Positions 1-9,244 of a stretch of DNA of 41,590 bases are shown in pieces. Position 1 is the first letter of the stretch; every line of letters begins with the position of its first letter. The notes under the pieces were generated by a model. It made no database searches. It worked only from the letters and a program-made list of their open reading frames with translations, and was not told where the DNA came from. This stretch comes from Cytophagaceae bacterium (GTDB taxonomy: Bacteria > Bacteroidota > Bacteroidia > Cytophagales > Cytophagaceae): positions 1 through 41,590 of the forward strand of contig JAIERY010000185.1 in NCBI GenBank assembly GCA_019746425.1, in the 5' to 3' direction. The translations under genes were made by a program, and so were the position numbers.

Positions 1-1
1 C

Positions 2-349
2 AAGATTTCGGAATAACTTTAGTGGGCTTTCAGCCCATACCAAACCCTTCGGCTTCAGCCGAAGGTAGTTTAGTTTCAGACTTTCTCTTTCAGCGGTCTT
101 TTTTAGAATGGCGACTTTTAATTTTAACGCTTCAGCATTAAACATTGCTTTTCCTTCAAATGCGCTTTTGATGAGATGGGAATTTTCCTTACTATAGGGG
201 AGGTGCCAAAATTTACGGCTAATACTCCAGCGCGCTCTTAGCTTGTTTCTAATAATGCCAATCAGTTCCTTATCTTGCGGGACAATAATAGTAATATTGT
301 ATCTTCCTCCATCTTTCAGAAGATCCAGAATGATTTCAGGTTTTTCCAT
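2..349 (-). CDS. Partial ORF, open to the left edge; resembles the N-terminal domain of Bacteroidota integrase-like tyrosine recombinases, possibly interrupted
   Basis: Manual translation from ATG at 349 gives 116 codons with no stop: MEKPEIILDLLKDGGRYNITIIVPQDKELIGIIRNKLRARWSISRKFWHLPYSKEN... The WSxSxKxWxxP motif recalls that domain (from memory). A TAATTTTG promoter box lies at 358-365. Confidence 0.5.
   Translation of the reverse strand, partial: MEKPEIILDLLKDGGRYNITIIVPQDKELIGIIRNKLRARWSISRKFWHLPYSKENSHLIKSAFEGKAMFNAEALKLKVAILKKTAERESLKLNYLRLKPKGLVWAESPLKLFRNL
23..71. mobile_element. Twin GC-rich hairpins resembling an IS200/IS605-family end or a REP-like element
   Basis: Minus strand reads AAACTAC-CTTCGGCT-GA-AGCCGAAG-GGTTTG-GTA-TGGGCT-GAA-AGCCCA. 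Perfect stems at 46-65 and 23-37. Confidence 0.45.
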
Positions 350-357
350 AGCTTGAT

Positions 358-365
358 CAAAATTA
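358..365 (-). promoter_or_regulatory. Bacteroidota primary-sigma -7 box (TAATTTTG) for the edge ORF
   Basis: Matches TAnnTTTG, 8 nt upstream of ATG 349. TTTG candidates for the -33 element at 384-387 and 389-392. Confidence 0.5.
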
Positions 366-429
366 TAAGAATTAAATTTTGATCAAAACAAAAGCTTCTC
401 ATTATGCAGAGCAATTGATTAATTTTTCA

Positions 430-475
430 TTCCTAAATCAAAAAGCCCCAACGACGGGGCTTTTTGATTTAGGAA
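430..475. terminator. Intrinsic terminator downstream of hpf, probably bidirectional
   Basis: Perfect 20-bp inverted repeat TTCCTAAATCAAAAAGCCCC / GGGGCTTTTTGATTTAGGAA with a 6-nt loop and A5/T5 tracts flanking the GC core. Confidence 0.85.
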
Positions 476-480
476 GATCA

Positions 481-777
481 TTATCGTTCGGTCAGCTTCT
501 CCTTTTGTTTTTTCAGTTGTCTTTTCAACGTTTCGCTGGCCACATCTACTGCTTCCTCAAAGGTGCTTTTCTGCTCCTTTACAATAATAGAAGTTCCTGG
601 AATAAATATTTTAATCTGTACAGATTTATTATTTACTTCTTCTTTTTCAAGTCTTAGATAAACATCACCTCCGGTAATACGGTCATGGAACGTCTCCAGC
701 TTATCTAGTTTTTTCTGGATGAAGTCTAAAAGCTTTTTGTCTGCATCGAAGTGGATGGATTGAATCTGAAGTTTCAT
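481..777 (-). CDS. hpf: Ribosome hibernation promoting factor (HPF/RaiA)
   Basis: 98 aa; MKLQIQSIHFDADKKLLDFIQKKLDKL...STFEEAVD...LKRQLKKQKEK; follows xerC as usual in Bacteroidota. Confidence 0.92.
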   Translation of the reverse strand: MKLQIQSIHFDADKKLLDFIQKKLDKLETFHDRITGGDVYLRLEKEEVNNKSVQIKIFIPGTSIIVKEQKSTFEEAVDVASETLKRQLKKQKEKLTER

Positions 778-804
778 AAGCGTTGAATTTAATGATTATT
801 ATTG

Positions 805-1686
805 CTATTGCTTTCCTGATTTTGGATGAGCCTGGTTAAATATTTCTTTTAACTTTTCTATTGAGTTATGTGTATAGACCTGCGTTGCGGCAAGGCTTGA
901 GTGCCCCAGAAGATCCTTTATGGCATTAAGATCCGCTCCTTTATTGAGCAAATGAGTCGCAAAAGAATGTCTTAAAACATGAGGGCTTTTCTTTTCTACA
1001 GTAGTTACCATTTTAAGATATTGTTTTACTATTCTGTAAACAAACATAGGATACGTTTTTTCTCCCGCATCGGTTATCAGCAAATTTTCACTCGCTGATT
1101 TTTCTTTCTTCTTCTCTTTATATATATCTATGAGGTCAAATAATGTTTTATTTATGGGGATAATTCTTTCTTTGTTTCCTTTTCCTAAAACCTTAATCGT
1201 TTTTTCATATCGGTTGACATCCGATTCTTTTAATTCTATTAATTCTGATAAACGAACTCCTGTTCCATATAAAAGCTCTAACACCAGCTTATCTCTCAGG
1301 CCTTTAAAATCATCCGAAAATTCCAGCTGATCCAGTAGCTTTGATAAGTTTTCTTCTTCCACAAAAGTGGGTAAAGATTTTTTGACTTTGGGGGCCTTTA
1401 TTTTAAGGGTCGGATCTTTTTTAATACTGCCCTTTTTCATCAGGAATTTATAATAAGAGCGCAGGCAGGCAATTTTTCTATTGATGGATTTTGGAGTGAT
1501 TTTATTTTCAACAAGGGTAATAATCCAGGAACGGATTAAATTATAATTGGCCTCTGCAGGATCAGAGATCTGATAAGTTTCTTCTAAATATTTGGTGAAT
1601 TGTAAAAGGTCGGTTTGGTAGGATGTTAAGGTATGTCGACTGTACCTTTTTTCGAATTCTATGTATCTTAAAAATGAATCTACCAT
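805..1686 (-). CDS. xerC: Tyrosine recombinase XerC-like
   Basis: 293 aa with intact catalytic motifs GVRLSEL, GKGNKER, HVLRHSFATH, LLGH and TQVYTH; rpsU-xerC-hpf context. Confidence 0.88.
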   Translation of the reverse strand: MVDSFLRYIEFEKRYSRHTLTSYQTDLLQFTKYLEETYQISDPAEANYNLIRSWIITLVENKITPKSINRKIACLRSYYKFLMKKGSIKKDPTLKIKAPKVKKSLPTFVEEENLSKLLDQLEFSDDFKGLRDKLVLELLYGTGVRLSELIELKESDVNRYEKTIKVLGKGNKERIIPINKTLFDLIDIYKEKKKEKSASENLLITDAGEKTYPMFVYRIVKQYLKMVTTVEKKSPHVLRHSFATHLLNKGADLNAIKDLLGHSSLAATQVYTHNSIEKLKEIFNQAHPKSGKQ

Positions 1687-1689
1687 ATC

Positions 1690-1718
1690 AGTACTGCCAG
1701 CCTGGAGGTGACAGTACT
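1690..1718 (-). promoter_or_regulatory. Hairpin immediately upstream of the xerC start codon
   Basis: Minus strand AGTACTGTCA-N9-TGGCAGTACT: 10-bp stem with one G-U pair, ending 3 nt before the ATG. Confidence 0.45.
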
Positions 1719-1741
1719 AATATAATAAAAATATCTTAGGA

Positions 1742-1936
1742 TTAGTAGTTTTCCTGAACGTATAGATTCTGTCTGTAAGCAGCTCTGATGATCTGGTTTC
1801 TTCTTGACACAGACTTCTTCTCGTAATAGCTTCTGTTTCTCAATTCTTTCAATACGCCGGTTCTTTCAAATTTCTTTTTAAATCTTTTCAGCGCTTTGTC
1901 AATTGACTCGTTTTCTTTTACATTAATAATGATCAT
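1742..1936 (-). CDS. rpsU: 30S ribosomal protein bS21
   Basis: 64 aa; VKENESIDKALKRFKKK...ELRNRSYYEKKSV; Tyr at position 54. Confidence 0.97.
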   Translation of the reverse strand: MIIINVKENESIDKALKRFKKKFERTGVLKELRNRSYYEKKSVSRRNQIIRAAYRQNLYVQENY

Positions 1937-1963
1937 AATCCTTCTTTTTCTGATTTTGGGCTA

Positions 1964-1995
1964 CAAATATAGTATTTTTTAGTTTCTTTGGCAAA
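1964..1995 (-). promoter_or_regulatory. Primary-sigma promoter for rpsU-xerC-hpf
   Basis: Minus strand TTTG (1995-1992), 20-nt spacer, TATATTTG (1971-1964); matches the Bacteroidota -33/-7 consensus. Confidence 0.75.
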
Positions 1996-2007
1996 TCTTA
2001 AAAATTA

Positions 2008-2048
2008 AGTTGGCAGTTGGCAATAGGCAATTTTGCCAACTGTCAACT
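2008..2048. repeat. Heptad-periodic hairpin (TTGGCAG/TTGGCAA type)
   Basis: AGTTGGCAGTTGGCAA...TTGCCAACTGTCAACT; related copy near 29654-29728. Confidence 0.75.
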
Positions 2049-2054
2049 GCTTAT

Positions 2055-3194
2055 TTACTTTAATATCTGCTTGGAAATGACAATTTTCTGAATTTCTGAG
2101 GTTCCCTCCCCGATGGTGCAGAGCTTTGAATCTCTATAAAATTTCTCTACCGGGAAATCTTTGGTATAGCCATATCCTCCAAAGATCTGAACAGCTTCAT
2201 TAGAGGCTTTAACTGCTATCTCTGAAGCATAATATTTAGCCATGGAGGATTCTTTAGTTACGGGTAAATGCTCATTTTTTAAATAAGCGGCTTTATAAAT
2301 CAAAAGTCTGGCAGCTTCAATTTCTGTTGCCAGTTCTGCCAGCTTAAAGGAAATTCCCTGAAAGCTTGCAATAGGTTGGTTAAATTGCTGTCTTTCCTTA
2401 GAATATGCCAGTGCAGCTTCAAAAGCCCCCTGCGCAATTCCCAGGCTAAGCGCGGCAATGGATATCCTTCCTCCATCCAATACTTTCATAGCCTGCACAA
2501 AGCCATCTCCAGGCGTGCCTAAAATCTGGCTTTTATGTACCCTGCAATTATCAAAAATCAGTTCAGTAGTTTCTGAGGCACGCATTCCAAGCTTGTTTTC
2601 TTTCTTTCCTGCTGTAAAGCCGGGAGTGCCTTTTTCAATAATGAATGCAGTGCTTTTTTTAGGATCCTTATCAGTAGGTGTGCGTGTAATTACCACAGCA
2701 ACATTGGACGATTTGCCATGTGTGATAAAGTTTTTTGCTCCATTCACTACCCAATAATCGCCATCCTGTACGGCTGTGGTTCTCATATTTCCTGCATCTG
2801 AACCTGTATTAGGCTCAGTCAATGCCCAGGCTCCTATCCATTCTGCGGTAGCAAGCTTGGGAAGGTATTTTTTCTTTTGTTCTTCGTTGGCAAAATTAAG
2901 AATATGGCCTGTGCAAAGAGAATTATGTGCTGCAACAGACAGGCCAATTGATCCGCAGATTTTAGATATTTCTTCAAGGGCTGTGACATATTCAAAATAC
3001 CCCAGGCCTGCGCCGCCGTATTCTTCCGGTACTAAAATCCCCATTAATCCGTGTTTACCCAGTTCCCTGAATAATGGAATAGGAAATTCCTGTTTTTCAT
3101 CCCATTCCATCACAAAAGGTTTTATATGCTTTGCACCGAAATCACGCACCATTTGTGCGATCATTTTCTGGTTTTCGTTGAATTCAAACTCCAT
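2055..3194 (-). CDS. Acyl-CoA dehydrogenase family protein
   Basis: 379 aa; ALTEPNTGSDA, NGAKNFIT, KLGMRASET, QIFGGYGY and TIGEGTSEIQ motifs. Confidence 0.95.
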   Translation of the reverse strand: MEFEFNENQKMIAQMVRDFGAKHIKPFVMEWDEKQEFPIPLFRELGKHGLMGILVPEEYGGAGLGYFEYVTALEEISKICGSIGLSVAAHNSLCTGHILNFANEEQKKKYLPKLATAEWIGAWALTEPNTGSDAGNMRTTAVQDGDYWVVNGAKNFITHGKSSNVAVVITRTPTDKDPKKSTAFIIEKGTPGFTAGKKENKLGMRASETTELIFDNCRVHKSQILGTPGDGFVQAMKVLDGGRISIAALSLGIAQGAFEAALAYSKERQQFNQPIASFQGISFKLAELATEIEAARLLIYKAAYLKNEHLPVTKESSMAKYYASEIAVKASNEAVQIFGGYGYTKDFPVEKFYRDSKLCTIGEGTSEIQKIVISKQILK

Positions 3195-3335
3195 GGAAAT
3201 TGTTAAAAAACTTTTGGGTTAAACAATTGGTAAACTCTTAATGTTTTTCTAAATGTAAGGCAAAATAACGATAAGGTTGCAATTAATCTTATGGTTCACG
3301 CCGAATAATTAATAGTTATATTACGTTAAAATTCA

Positions 3336-3343
3336 TAATTTTG
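3336..3343 (+). promoter_or_regulatory. -7 promoter box for the nucleotide-sugar cluster
   Basis: TAATTTTG 26 nt upstream of the ugd ATG. Confidence 0.55.
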
Positions 3344-3369
3344 ATCTTATTTAAAAAATATTTACTACT

Positions 3370-4701
3370 ATGAAATTAGCAGTTGTTGGAACAGGATATG
3401 TTGGCTTGGTAACAGGCACCTGCTTTGCGGAGACAGGTAATGATGTGACATGCATTGACATCAATGAAAAGAAGATACAGCAGTTAGAAAAGGGTATACT
3501 CCCGATTTTCGAGCCAGGTCTTGATCTTCTTTTTGAAAGAAATATTAACGAAGGACGATTAAAATTCACTACAAATCTTAAAGAAGCGATCACCGGCGCG
3601 GAGATTATATTCCTGGCATTGCCAACACCTCCAGGTGAAGATGGTTCTGCAGATTTAAGTTATATTTTAAATTGTTCAGCCCAGATAGGGCCATTATTAA
3701 AAGATTACGCGGTAATCGTAGATAAAAGTACTGTACCGGTCGGAACTGCTGAAAGAGTTAGAAAAGCCATTGCCAAGACAACCTCTGTGCCTTTTGATGT
3801 GGTTTCCAATCCTGAATTTTTAAGAGAAGGAGTTGCAGTAGACGATTTCATGAAGCCAGATAGAGTGGTCATCGGAACAAGCTCAAAAAGAGCTAAAGAA
3901 GTGATGGAGAAATTATATAATCCATTTGTAAGACAGGGAAACCCTTTGATCTTTATGGATGAAAAATCTGCTGAACTTACCAAGTATGCAGCCAATGCTT
4001 TTCTTGCTATGAAAATTTCTTTCATGAACGAAATGGCAAATCTTTCTGAAATTGTTGGAGCAAATATTGATAAAGTGAGAATCGGTATCGGTACTGACAA
4101 TCGAATCGGAAAAAGATTTTTATTTCCGGGAATCGGTTATGGCGGAAGTTGTTTTCCAAAAGACGTTTTAGCGCTTGCAAAAACAGCTGAGGAAAACAAT
4201 TACGATTTTAAAATATTAAAAGCGGTAATGACTGTCAACGAAGCGCAGAAGACTATTCTGATGCCTAAAATTAAAAATCATTTTGATGGTAATCTGAAAG
4301 GAAAACATTTTGCAATGTGGGGGCTTGCTTTCAAGCCTAATACAGATGATATCAGAGAAGCGCCTGCACTATACATAATTGAAGAATTATTGGCAGCAGG
4401 AGCAACTGTTACCGCGTATGATCCTGAGGCAATGGAAAATGTGGAAGCAAAAGTCGGCAACAAAATTAAATTCGCAGACAATGCTTATGATGCACTTCAT
4501 GGAGCGGATGCACTGATAGTAGTGACTGAGTGGTCTGAATTCAGATCTCCCGATTTCAAAAAGATCGAAAACTATATGAATGATAAAGTGGTTTTTGACG
4601 GAAGAAATTTATTCGAACCTGAGCAAATGAAGGAACTTGGTTTCCATTATGAGTCAATAGGAAGAGAAGCTGTTAAAGCTTCGGAAAGTGTTAAAAGCTA
4701 A
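3370..4701 (+). CDS. ugd: UDP-glucose 6-dehydrogenase
   Basis: GTGYVG, SNPEFLREG, GYGGSCFPKD and GLAFKPNTDDIRE motifs. Confidence 0.93.
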   Translation: MKLAVVGTGYVGLVTGTCFAETGNDVTCIDINEKKIQQLEKGILPIFEPGLDLLFERNINEGRLKFTTNLKEAITGAEIIFLALPTPPGEDGSADLSYILNCSAQIGPLLKDYAVIVDKSTVPVGTAERVRKAIAKTTSVPFDVVSNPEFLREGVAVDDFMKPDRVVIGTSSKRAKEVMEKLYNPFVRQGNPLIFMDEKSAELTKYAANAFLAMKISFMNEMANLSEIVGANIDKVRIGIGTDNRIGKRFLFPGIGYGGSCFPKDVLALAKTAEENNYDFKILKAVMTVNEAQKTILMPKIKNHFDGNLKGKHFAMWGLAFKPNTDDIREAPALYIIEELLAAGATVTAYDPEAMENVEAKVGNKIKFADNAYDALHGADALIVVTEWSEFRSPDFKKIENYMNDKVVFDGRNLFEPEQMKELGFHYESIGREAVKASESVKS

Positions 4702-4732
4702 TTTTAAATAAGCGAAATCTGAAGAGTTAATT

Positions 4733-5713
4733 ATGAAAAATAACAATATCAGAAAAAGAGTATTAGTCACAGGTGGAGCCGGATTTCTCGGCTCTCATCT
4801 TTGTGACAGGTTTATAAAAGAAGAGTTTCATGTTATTGCAATGGATAACCTTATTACAGGTTCATTAAAAAACATAGAACACCTTTTTCATTTGCCGAAT
4901 TTCGAGTTTTATAATTGTGATGTTTCCAAATTTGTGCATGTGCCGGGGCATCTCGATTACATTCTGCATTTTGCTTCTCCGGCCAGTCCGATTGATTATC
5001 TGAAAATTCCTATTCAAACCCTGAAGGTGGGTTCTCTGGGAACTCATAATCTGCTTGGACTTGCAAAAGAAAAGAAAGCCAGAATATTGGTAGCATCAAC
5101 TTCTGAAGTATATGGTGATCCTTTGGTGCACCCTCAGAATGAAGACTACTGGGGCAACGTAAATCCTATTGGTCCCAGGGGAGTTTATGATGAGGCAAAA
5201 AGGTTTCAGGAAGCTATGACTATGGCTTACCATAGATTTCATGGATTAGAAACTCGTATTGTAAGGATATTTAATACTTATGGACCGAGAATGAGACTTA
5301 ATGATGGCAGGGTATTACCTACTTTCATAGGTCAGGCTTTAAGAGGAGAAGATCTTACAATCTTCGGAGATGGCTCTCAGACAAGGTCATTCTGCTACGT
5401 TGATGATCTGGTAGAAGGAATTTACAGACTCTTGATGAGCGATTATCCATATCCTGTAAATATTGGTAATCCTGCAGAGATTACGATTAAAGAATTTGCA
5501 GAAGAAATTATCAAACTAACTGGTACAAATCAAAAAATTATTTCTAAACCTCTGCCTCAGGATGATCCAAAGCAAAGGAAACCTGACATTACAAAGGCCA
5601 AAGAATTGCTTGGATGGGAACCTAAGGTTTCCAGGGCGGAAGGTTTGAAAATTACTTATAAATATTTTGTGTCCTTACCGGAAAGGGACTTAACCCCGAA
5701 AGAATTTTACTGA
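4733..5713 (+). CDS. UDP-glucuronate decarboxylase (UDP-xylose synthase) family SDR
   Basis: [44 protein letters not shown] and [10 protein letters not shown] motifs. Confidence 0.9.
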   Translation: MKNNNIRKRVLVTGGAGFLGSHLCDRFIKEEFHVIAMDNLITGSLKNIEHLFHLPNFEFYNCDVSKFVHVPGHLDYILHFASPASPIDYLKIPIQTLKVGSLGTHNLLGLAKEKKARILVASTSEVYGDPLVHPQNEDYWGNVNPIGPRGVYDEAKRFQEAMTMAYHRFHGLETRIVRIFNTYGPRMRLNDGRVLPTFIGQALRGEDLTIFGDGSQTRSFCYVDDLVEGIYRLLMSDYPYPVNIGNPAEITIKEFAEEIIKLTGTNQKIISKPLPQDDPKQRKPDITKAKELLGWEPKVSRAEGLKITYKYFVSLPERDLTPKEFY

Positions 5714-5737
5714 TTTTTTAATCAGCATTGCAATATG

Positions 5738-5797
5738 TATTTTTGACCTTCTATTTACCTTCAGATCCTATAGGATATAAAGTAAATACAAGGTCAA
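5738..5797 (+). promoter_or_regulatory. Possible internal promoter overlapping a long inverted repeat
   Basis: TATTTTTG at 5738-5745. Arms TTGACCTTCTATTTAC (5743-5758) and GTAAATACAAGGTCAA (5782-5797) match 15/16, with an inner palindrome ATCCTATAGGAT. Confidence 0.5.
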
Positions 5798-5821
5798 TTT
5801 TTTATTTTAAAACATATCAAC

Positions 5822-7111
5822 GTGTACAATAAAATTTTAAATAAAGAAAATTATCTCGCTGTAATCGGTCTGGGATACGTCGGATTACCTATAGCTTTAG
5901 AATTTGCGAAAAAAGTCAAAGTGGTTGGCTTTGACATTAATGCGAAAAGGGTTGATATGATGAAAAATAAAATCGATCCCAGCGGTGAATTAAGCAAGGA
6001 AGATTTTGAAGGCTGCGATATTGAGTTCACTCACAAGCTGGAAGATTTAAAGAAAGCAACTTTTTTTATTGTAGCGGTTCCAACTCCGATTGATTCACAT
6101 AACATGCCTGATCTGAAACCTTTATTGTCTGCCTCTCATACGGTAGGGAAAGCGCTTAAGAAAGGAGATTATGTGGTGTTTGAATCTACAGTATATCCTG
6201 GATGTACAGAAGAAGATTGCATTCCGATTCTGGAAAAAGAGTCAGGCTTAAAATTTGTGAAAGATTTTAAAGTGGGATATTCTCCTGAAAGGATAAATCC
6301 GGGAGATAAGGAACATACACTGGCAAAAATAACTAAAGTAGTTTCTGGTTGTGATACAGAATCTTCTGAGGAGATTTCCAAAGTTTATCAATTGGTAGTG
6401 AAGGCCGGAGTACATAAGGCTTCTTCTATAAAGGTGGCAGAGGCTGCAAAAATTATTGAAAATACTCAAAGGGATCTTAACATTGCTTTGATGAATGAGT
6501 TGTCAATAATATGCGACAAGCTTGGAATAAACACTTATGAAGTGCTGGAAGCAGCCGGCACAAAGTGGAATTTTTTAAGATTTTCTCCCGGACTTGTAGG
6601 AGGTCATTGTATAGGAGTAGATCCTTATTATCTGACATATAAAGCCAAAGAAATGGGATATAATCCCGATGTGATATTGAGCGGTAGAAAGATCAATGAT
6701 AATATGGGTGCTTATATTGCTAAAAAGACAGTACAGCTTCTGGTAAAAGCAGGTAAAGATATATCCAAGTCTAAAGTATTGGTGATGGGAGCTACATTTA
6801 AAGAGAATGTAGAAGATATAAGAAATTCTAAAGTCGTGGATGTGATTAATGAATTAAAATCTTTCAGCGTGCAGGTGGACATTATTGATCCTCATGCATC
6901 TTCTGAAGAGTTTCATGAGGAATATGGTTTTGATTTGAAAAAAGAACCTGGCAATAATTATGATGCCGTATTACTGACCGTATGTCATAAGGAATATGTT
7001 AATCTTGATCCATCTTATTTTACTTCCTTAACAAATAAAAATGCAGTATTTATAGATGTAAAGGGTCTCTATAAGAATAAAATTAATAATATGACTTACT
7101 GGAGTCTATAA
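5822..7111 (+). CDS. UDP-N-acetylhexosamine 6-dehydrogenase (WbpO/TviB-like)
   Basis: GLGYVGLP, ESTVYPG, YSPERINPGD, ENTQRDLNIALMNEL and PGLVGGHCIGVDPYYL motifs; GTG start. Confidence 0.88.
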   Translation: MYNKILNKENYLAVIGLGYVGLPIALEFAKKVKVVGFDINAKRVDMMKNKIDPSGELSKEDFEGCDIEFTHKLEDLKKATFFIVAVPTPIDSHNMPDLKPLLSASHTVGKALKKGDYVVFESTVYPGCTEEDCIPILEKESGLKFVKDFKVGYSPERINPGDKEHTLAKITKVVSGCDTESSEEISKVYQLVVKAGVHKASSIKVAEAAKIIENTQRDLNIALMNELSIICDKLGINTYEVLEAAGTKWNFLRFSPGLVGGHCIGVDPYYLTYKAKEMGYNPDVILSGRKINDNMGAYIAKKTVQLLVKAGKDISKSKVLVMGATFKENVEDIRNSKVVDVINELKSFSVQVDIIDPHASSEEFHEEYGFDLKKEPGNNYDAVLLTVCHKEYVNLDPSYFTSLTNKNAVFIDVKGLYKNKINNMTYWSL

Positions 7112-7148
7112 AAAACTTAGTGATGAATTACAAATGCGGGTGACCAAT

Positions 7149-8192
7149 ATGAAAGAGATAAAAAAAGTAATAGTAACCGGAGGCGCAGGATTTATTGGTT
7201 CCCATGCAGTGGTTGAACTGGTACAGGCAGGATATGAGCCGGTGATCGTAGATAATTTTGAAAATTCATTCCCGATTATTGTAGATGGAATACAGCAAAT
7301 TTTAGGAGATCCTGTCAAAATCTATAAGGTGGATTGCAGAGATAGCAAAGGGTTGCAAAACGTTTTTGATAAAGAAAAAAATATTTATGGAGTGATCCAT
7401 TTTGCAGCCAATAAGGCTGTAGGGGAGTCAGTTGCCGATCCTCTTAAATATTATGACAATAATCTGCAGAGCCTTGTAACATTGCTAAGAGTGATGAAGG
7501 CAAATAATGTGCTGCGACTGGTATTTTCTTCTTCATGCACTGTATATGGCAGTCCTGATAGTTTGCCTGTAAACGAAAGCCTGGAAAGAAAAAGACCAGC
7601 ATCTCCATATGGGAATACCAAAAGGGTCAGTGAAGAGTTAATAGAGGATTTTGTAGCATCATACCCGGAGTTTCAGGCTATATCTTTAAGATATTTTAAT
7701 CCTATCGGAGCGCATCGTACTTCACTTATAGGTGAACTTCCAATTGGCGTACCTAATAACCTGGTACCTTTTATTACACAGACAGCGGCTGGTTTAAGAA
7801 ATGAATTAACCGTATTTGGTAAAGATTATGATACAGAAGATGGAACCTGCATCAGAGATTATATACATGTAGTCGACCTTGCCAAAGCACATGTAAAGGC
7901 CCTGGATGCCTTCTTAAATGTTGATTTTAAGGGAAAAAACGAAATATTTAACCTGGGAACCGGGAAAGGGAACAGTGTTTTGGAAGTAATTAAAACTTTT
8001 GAAAAAATTTCAGGTTTAAAATTAAAGTACAGGCTCGGAGACAGAAGGCCGGGGGATGTTCCTAAAATATATGGGGAAGTAACCAAATCCAGTAATATTT
8101 TAAAATGGAAATCGGAGCTTACCCTGGAAGATTCTATGAGAGATGCCTGGAACTGGCAGCAATATCTTGGAAAAATAAATTTTAAGCCATGA
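7149..8192 (+). CDS. galE: UDP-glucose 4-epimerase
   Basis: GGAGFIGSH, KAVGESV, SSSCTVYG, YGNTK, LRYFNPIGAH, PNNLVP and DGTCIRDYIHV motifs. Start is 7149 or 7134. Confidence 0.93.
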   Translation: MKEIKKVIVTGGAGFIGSHAVVELVQAGYEPVIVDNFENSFPIIVDGIQQILGDPVKIYKVDCRDSKGLQNVFDKEKNIYGVIHFAANKAVGESVADPLKYYDNNLQSLVTLLRVMKANNVLRLVFSSSCTVYGSPDSLPVNESLERKRPASPYGNTKRVSEELIEDFVASYPEFQAISLRYFNPIGAHRTSLIGELPIGVPNNLVPFITQTAAGLRNELTVFGKDYDTEDGTCIRDYIHVVDLAKAHVKALDAFLNVDFKGKNEIFNLGTGKGNSVLEVIKTFEKISGLKLKYRLGDRRPGDVPKIYGEVTKSSNILKWKSELTLEDSMRDAWNWQQYLGKINFKP

Positions 8193-9244
8193 AGAGAATA
8201 TTAATTACAGGCGGTGCAGGTTTTATCGGATCCCATGTAGTGAGGTTATTTGTAAATAAGTATCCAAATTATCAGATTTACAATCTTGATAAGCTCACCT
8301 ATGCAGGTAATCTCGCCAATTTAAGGGATATAGAAAAAAAAGAAAATTATACATTCATCAAAGGTGATATTGTAGATGCAAAATTCATTTATGAATTATT
8401 CAATCAATATCAATTTGACGGTGTGATACATCTTGCCGCAGAGTCTCATGTGGATAGGTCTATTACTAATCCCATGGATTTTATTTATACCAATATTGTA
8501 GGTACGGTAAATCTTCTGAATGCAGCGAGGAAAATATGGCAGGATAGTTTTGAAGGGAAAAGATTTTACCATGTTTCTACAGATGAAGTATATGGATCTC
8601 TGGGCGAAACAGGATATTTTACAGAGACAACTCCTTATGATCCTCAATCTCCTTACTCAGCTTCAAAAGCAGGTTCAGACCAGTTTGTGAGAGCTTATCA
8701 CAACACTTATAAAATCCCGGTAGTGATTTCGAACTGCTCGAATAATTATGGCCCGAATCATTTTCCGGAAAAATTAATTCCGCTTTGTATCAATAATATC
8801 AGAAATAATAAATCCCTGCCTATTTACGGTAAAGGAGAAAATATCCGTGACTGGTTGTATGTAGTTGATCATGCAAGGGCCATTGATGTAGTTTATCACA
8901 AAGGAAAAACAGGGGAAACTTATAATATCGGAGGACATAATGAATGGAAAAATATTGACCTTATTCGTTTGTTATGCCGTATTATGGATAAAAAACTAGG
9001 TAGAAAAGAGGGAGAGTCAGAAAAACTTATTACGTTTGTTAAGGACAGGGCAGGGCATGATCTCCGTTATGCCATTGATGCGACAAAAATTAAAAATGAA
9101 TTAGGTTGGACACCATCTCTTCAATTTGAAGAAGGGCTGGATAAAACAGTCGACTGGTATCTGGCAAATACAGACTGGCTGGAAAATGTTACTTCCGGAG
9201 CATATCAGAATTATTATGATATGCAATACAGTTCCAAATTTTAA
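8189..9244 (+). CDS. rfbB: dTDP-glucose 4,6-dehydratase
   Basis: DKLTYAGN, AAESHVDRSI, STDEVYG, SPYSASKA and NNYGP motifs; ATGA overlap with galE. Confidence 0.95.
   Translation: MKRILITGGAGFIGSHVVRLFVNKYPNYQIYNLDKLTYAGNLANLRDIEKKENYTFIKGDIVDAKFIYELFNQYQFDGVIHLAAESHVDRSITNPMDFIYTNIVGTVNLLNAARKIWQDSFEGKRFYHVSTDEVYGSLGETGYFTETTPYDPQSPYSASKAGSDQFVRAYHNTYKIPVVISNCSNNYGPNHFPEKLIPLCINNIRNNKSLPIYGKGENIRDWLYVVDHARAIDVVYHKGKTGETYNIGGHNEWKNIDLIRLLCRIMDKKLGRKEGESEKLITFVKDRAGHDLRYAIDATKIKNELGWTPSLQFEEGLDKTVDWYLANTDWLENVTSGAYQNYYDMQYSSKF

Noticed and set aside
379..657. 92-aa plus-strand ORF
   Set aside because: Antisense to hpf and crosses the terminator; no recognisable motifs.
805..1686. xerC as a prophage or island integrase
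   Set aside because: It lies in the housekeeping rpsU-xerC-hpf context with no phage genes or att repeats seen.
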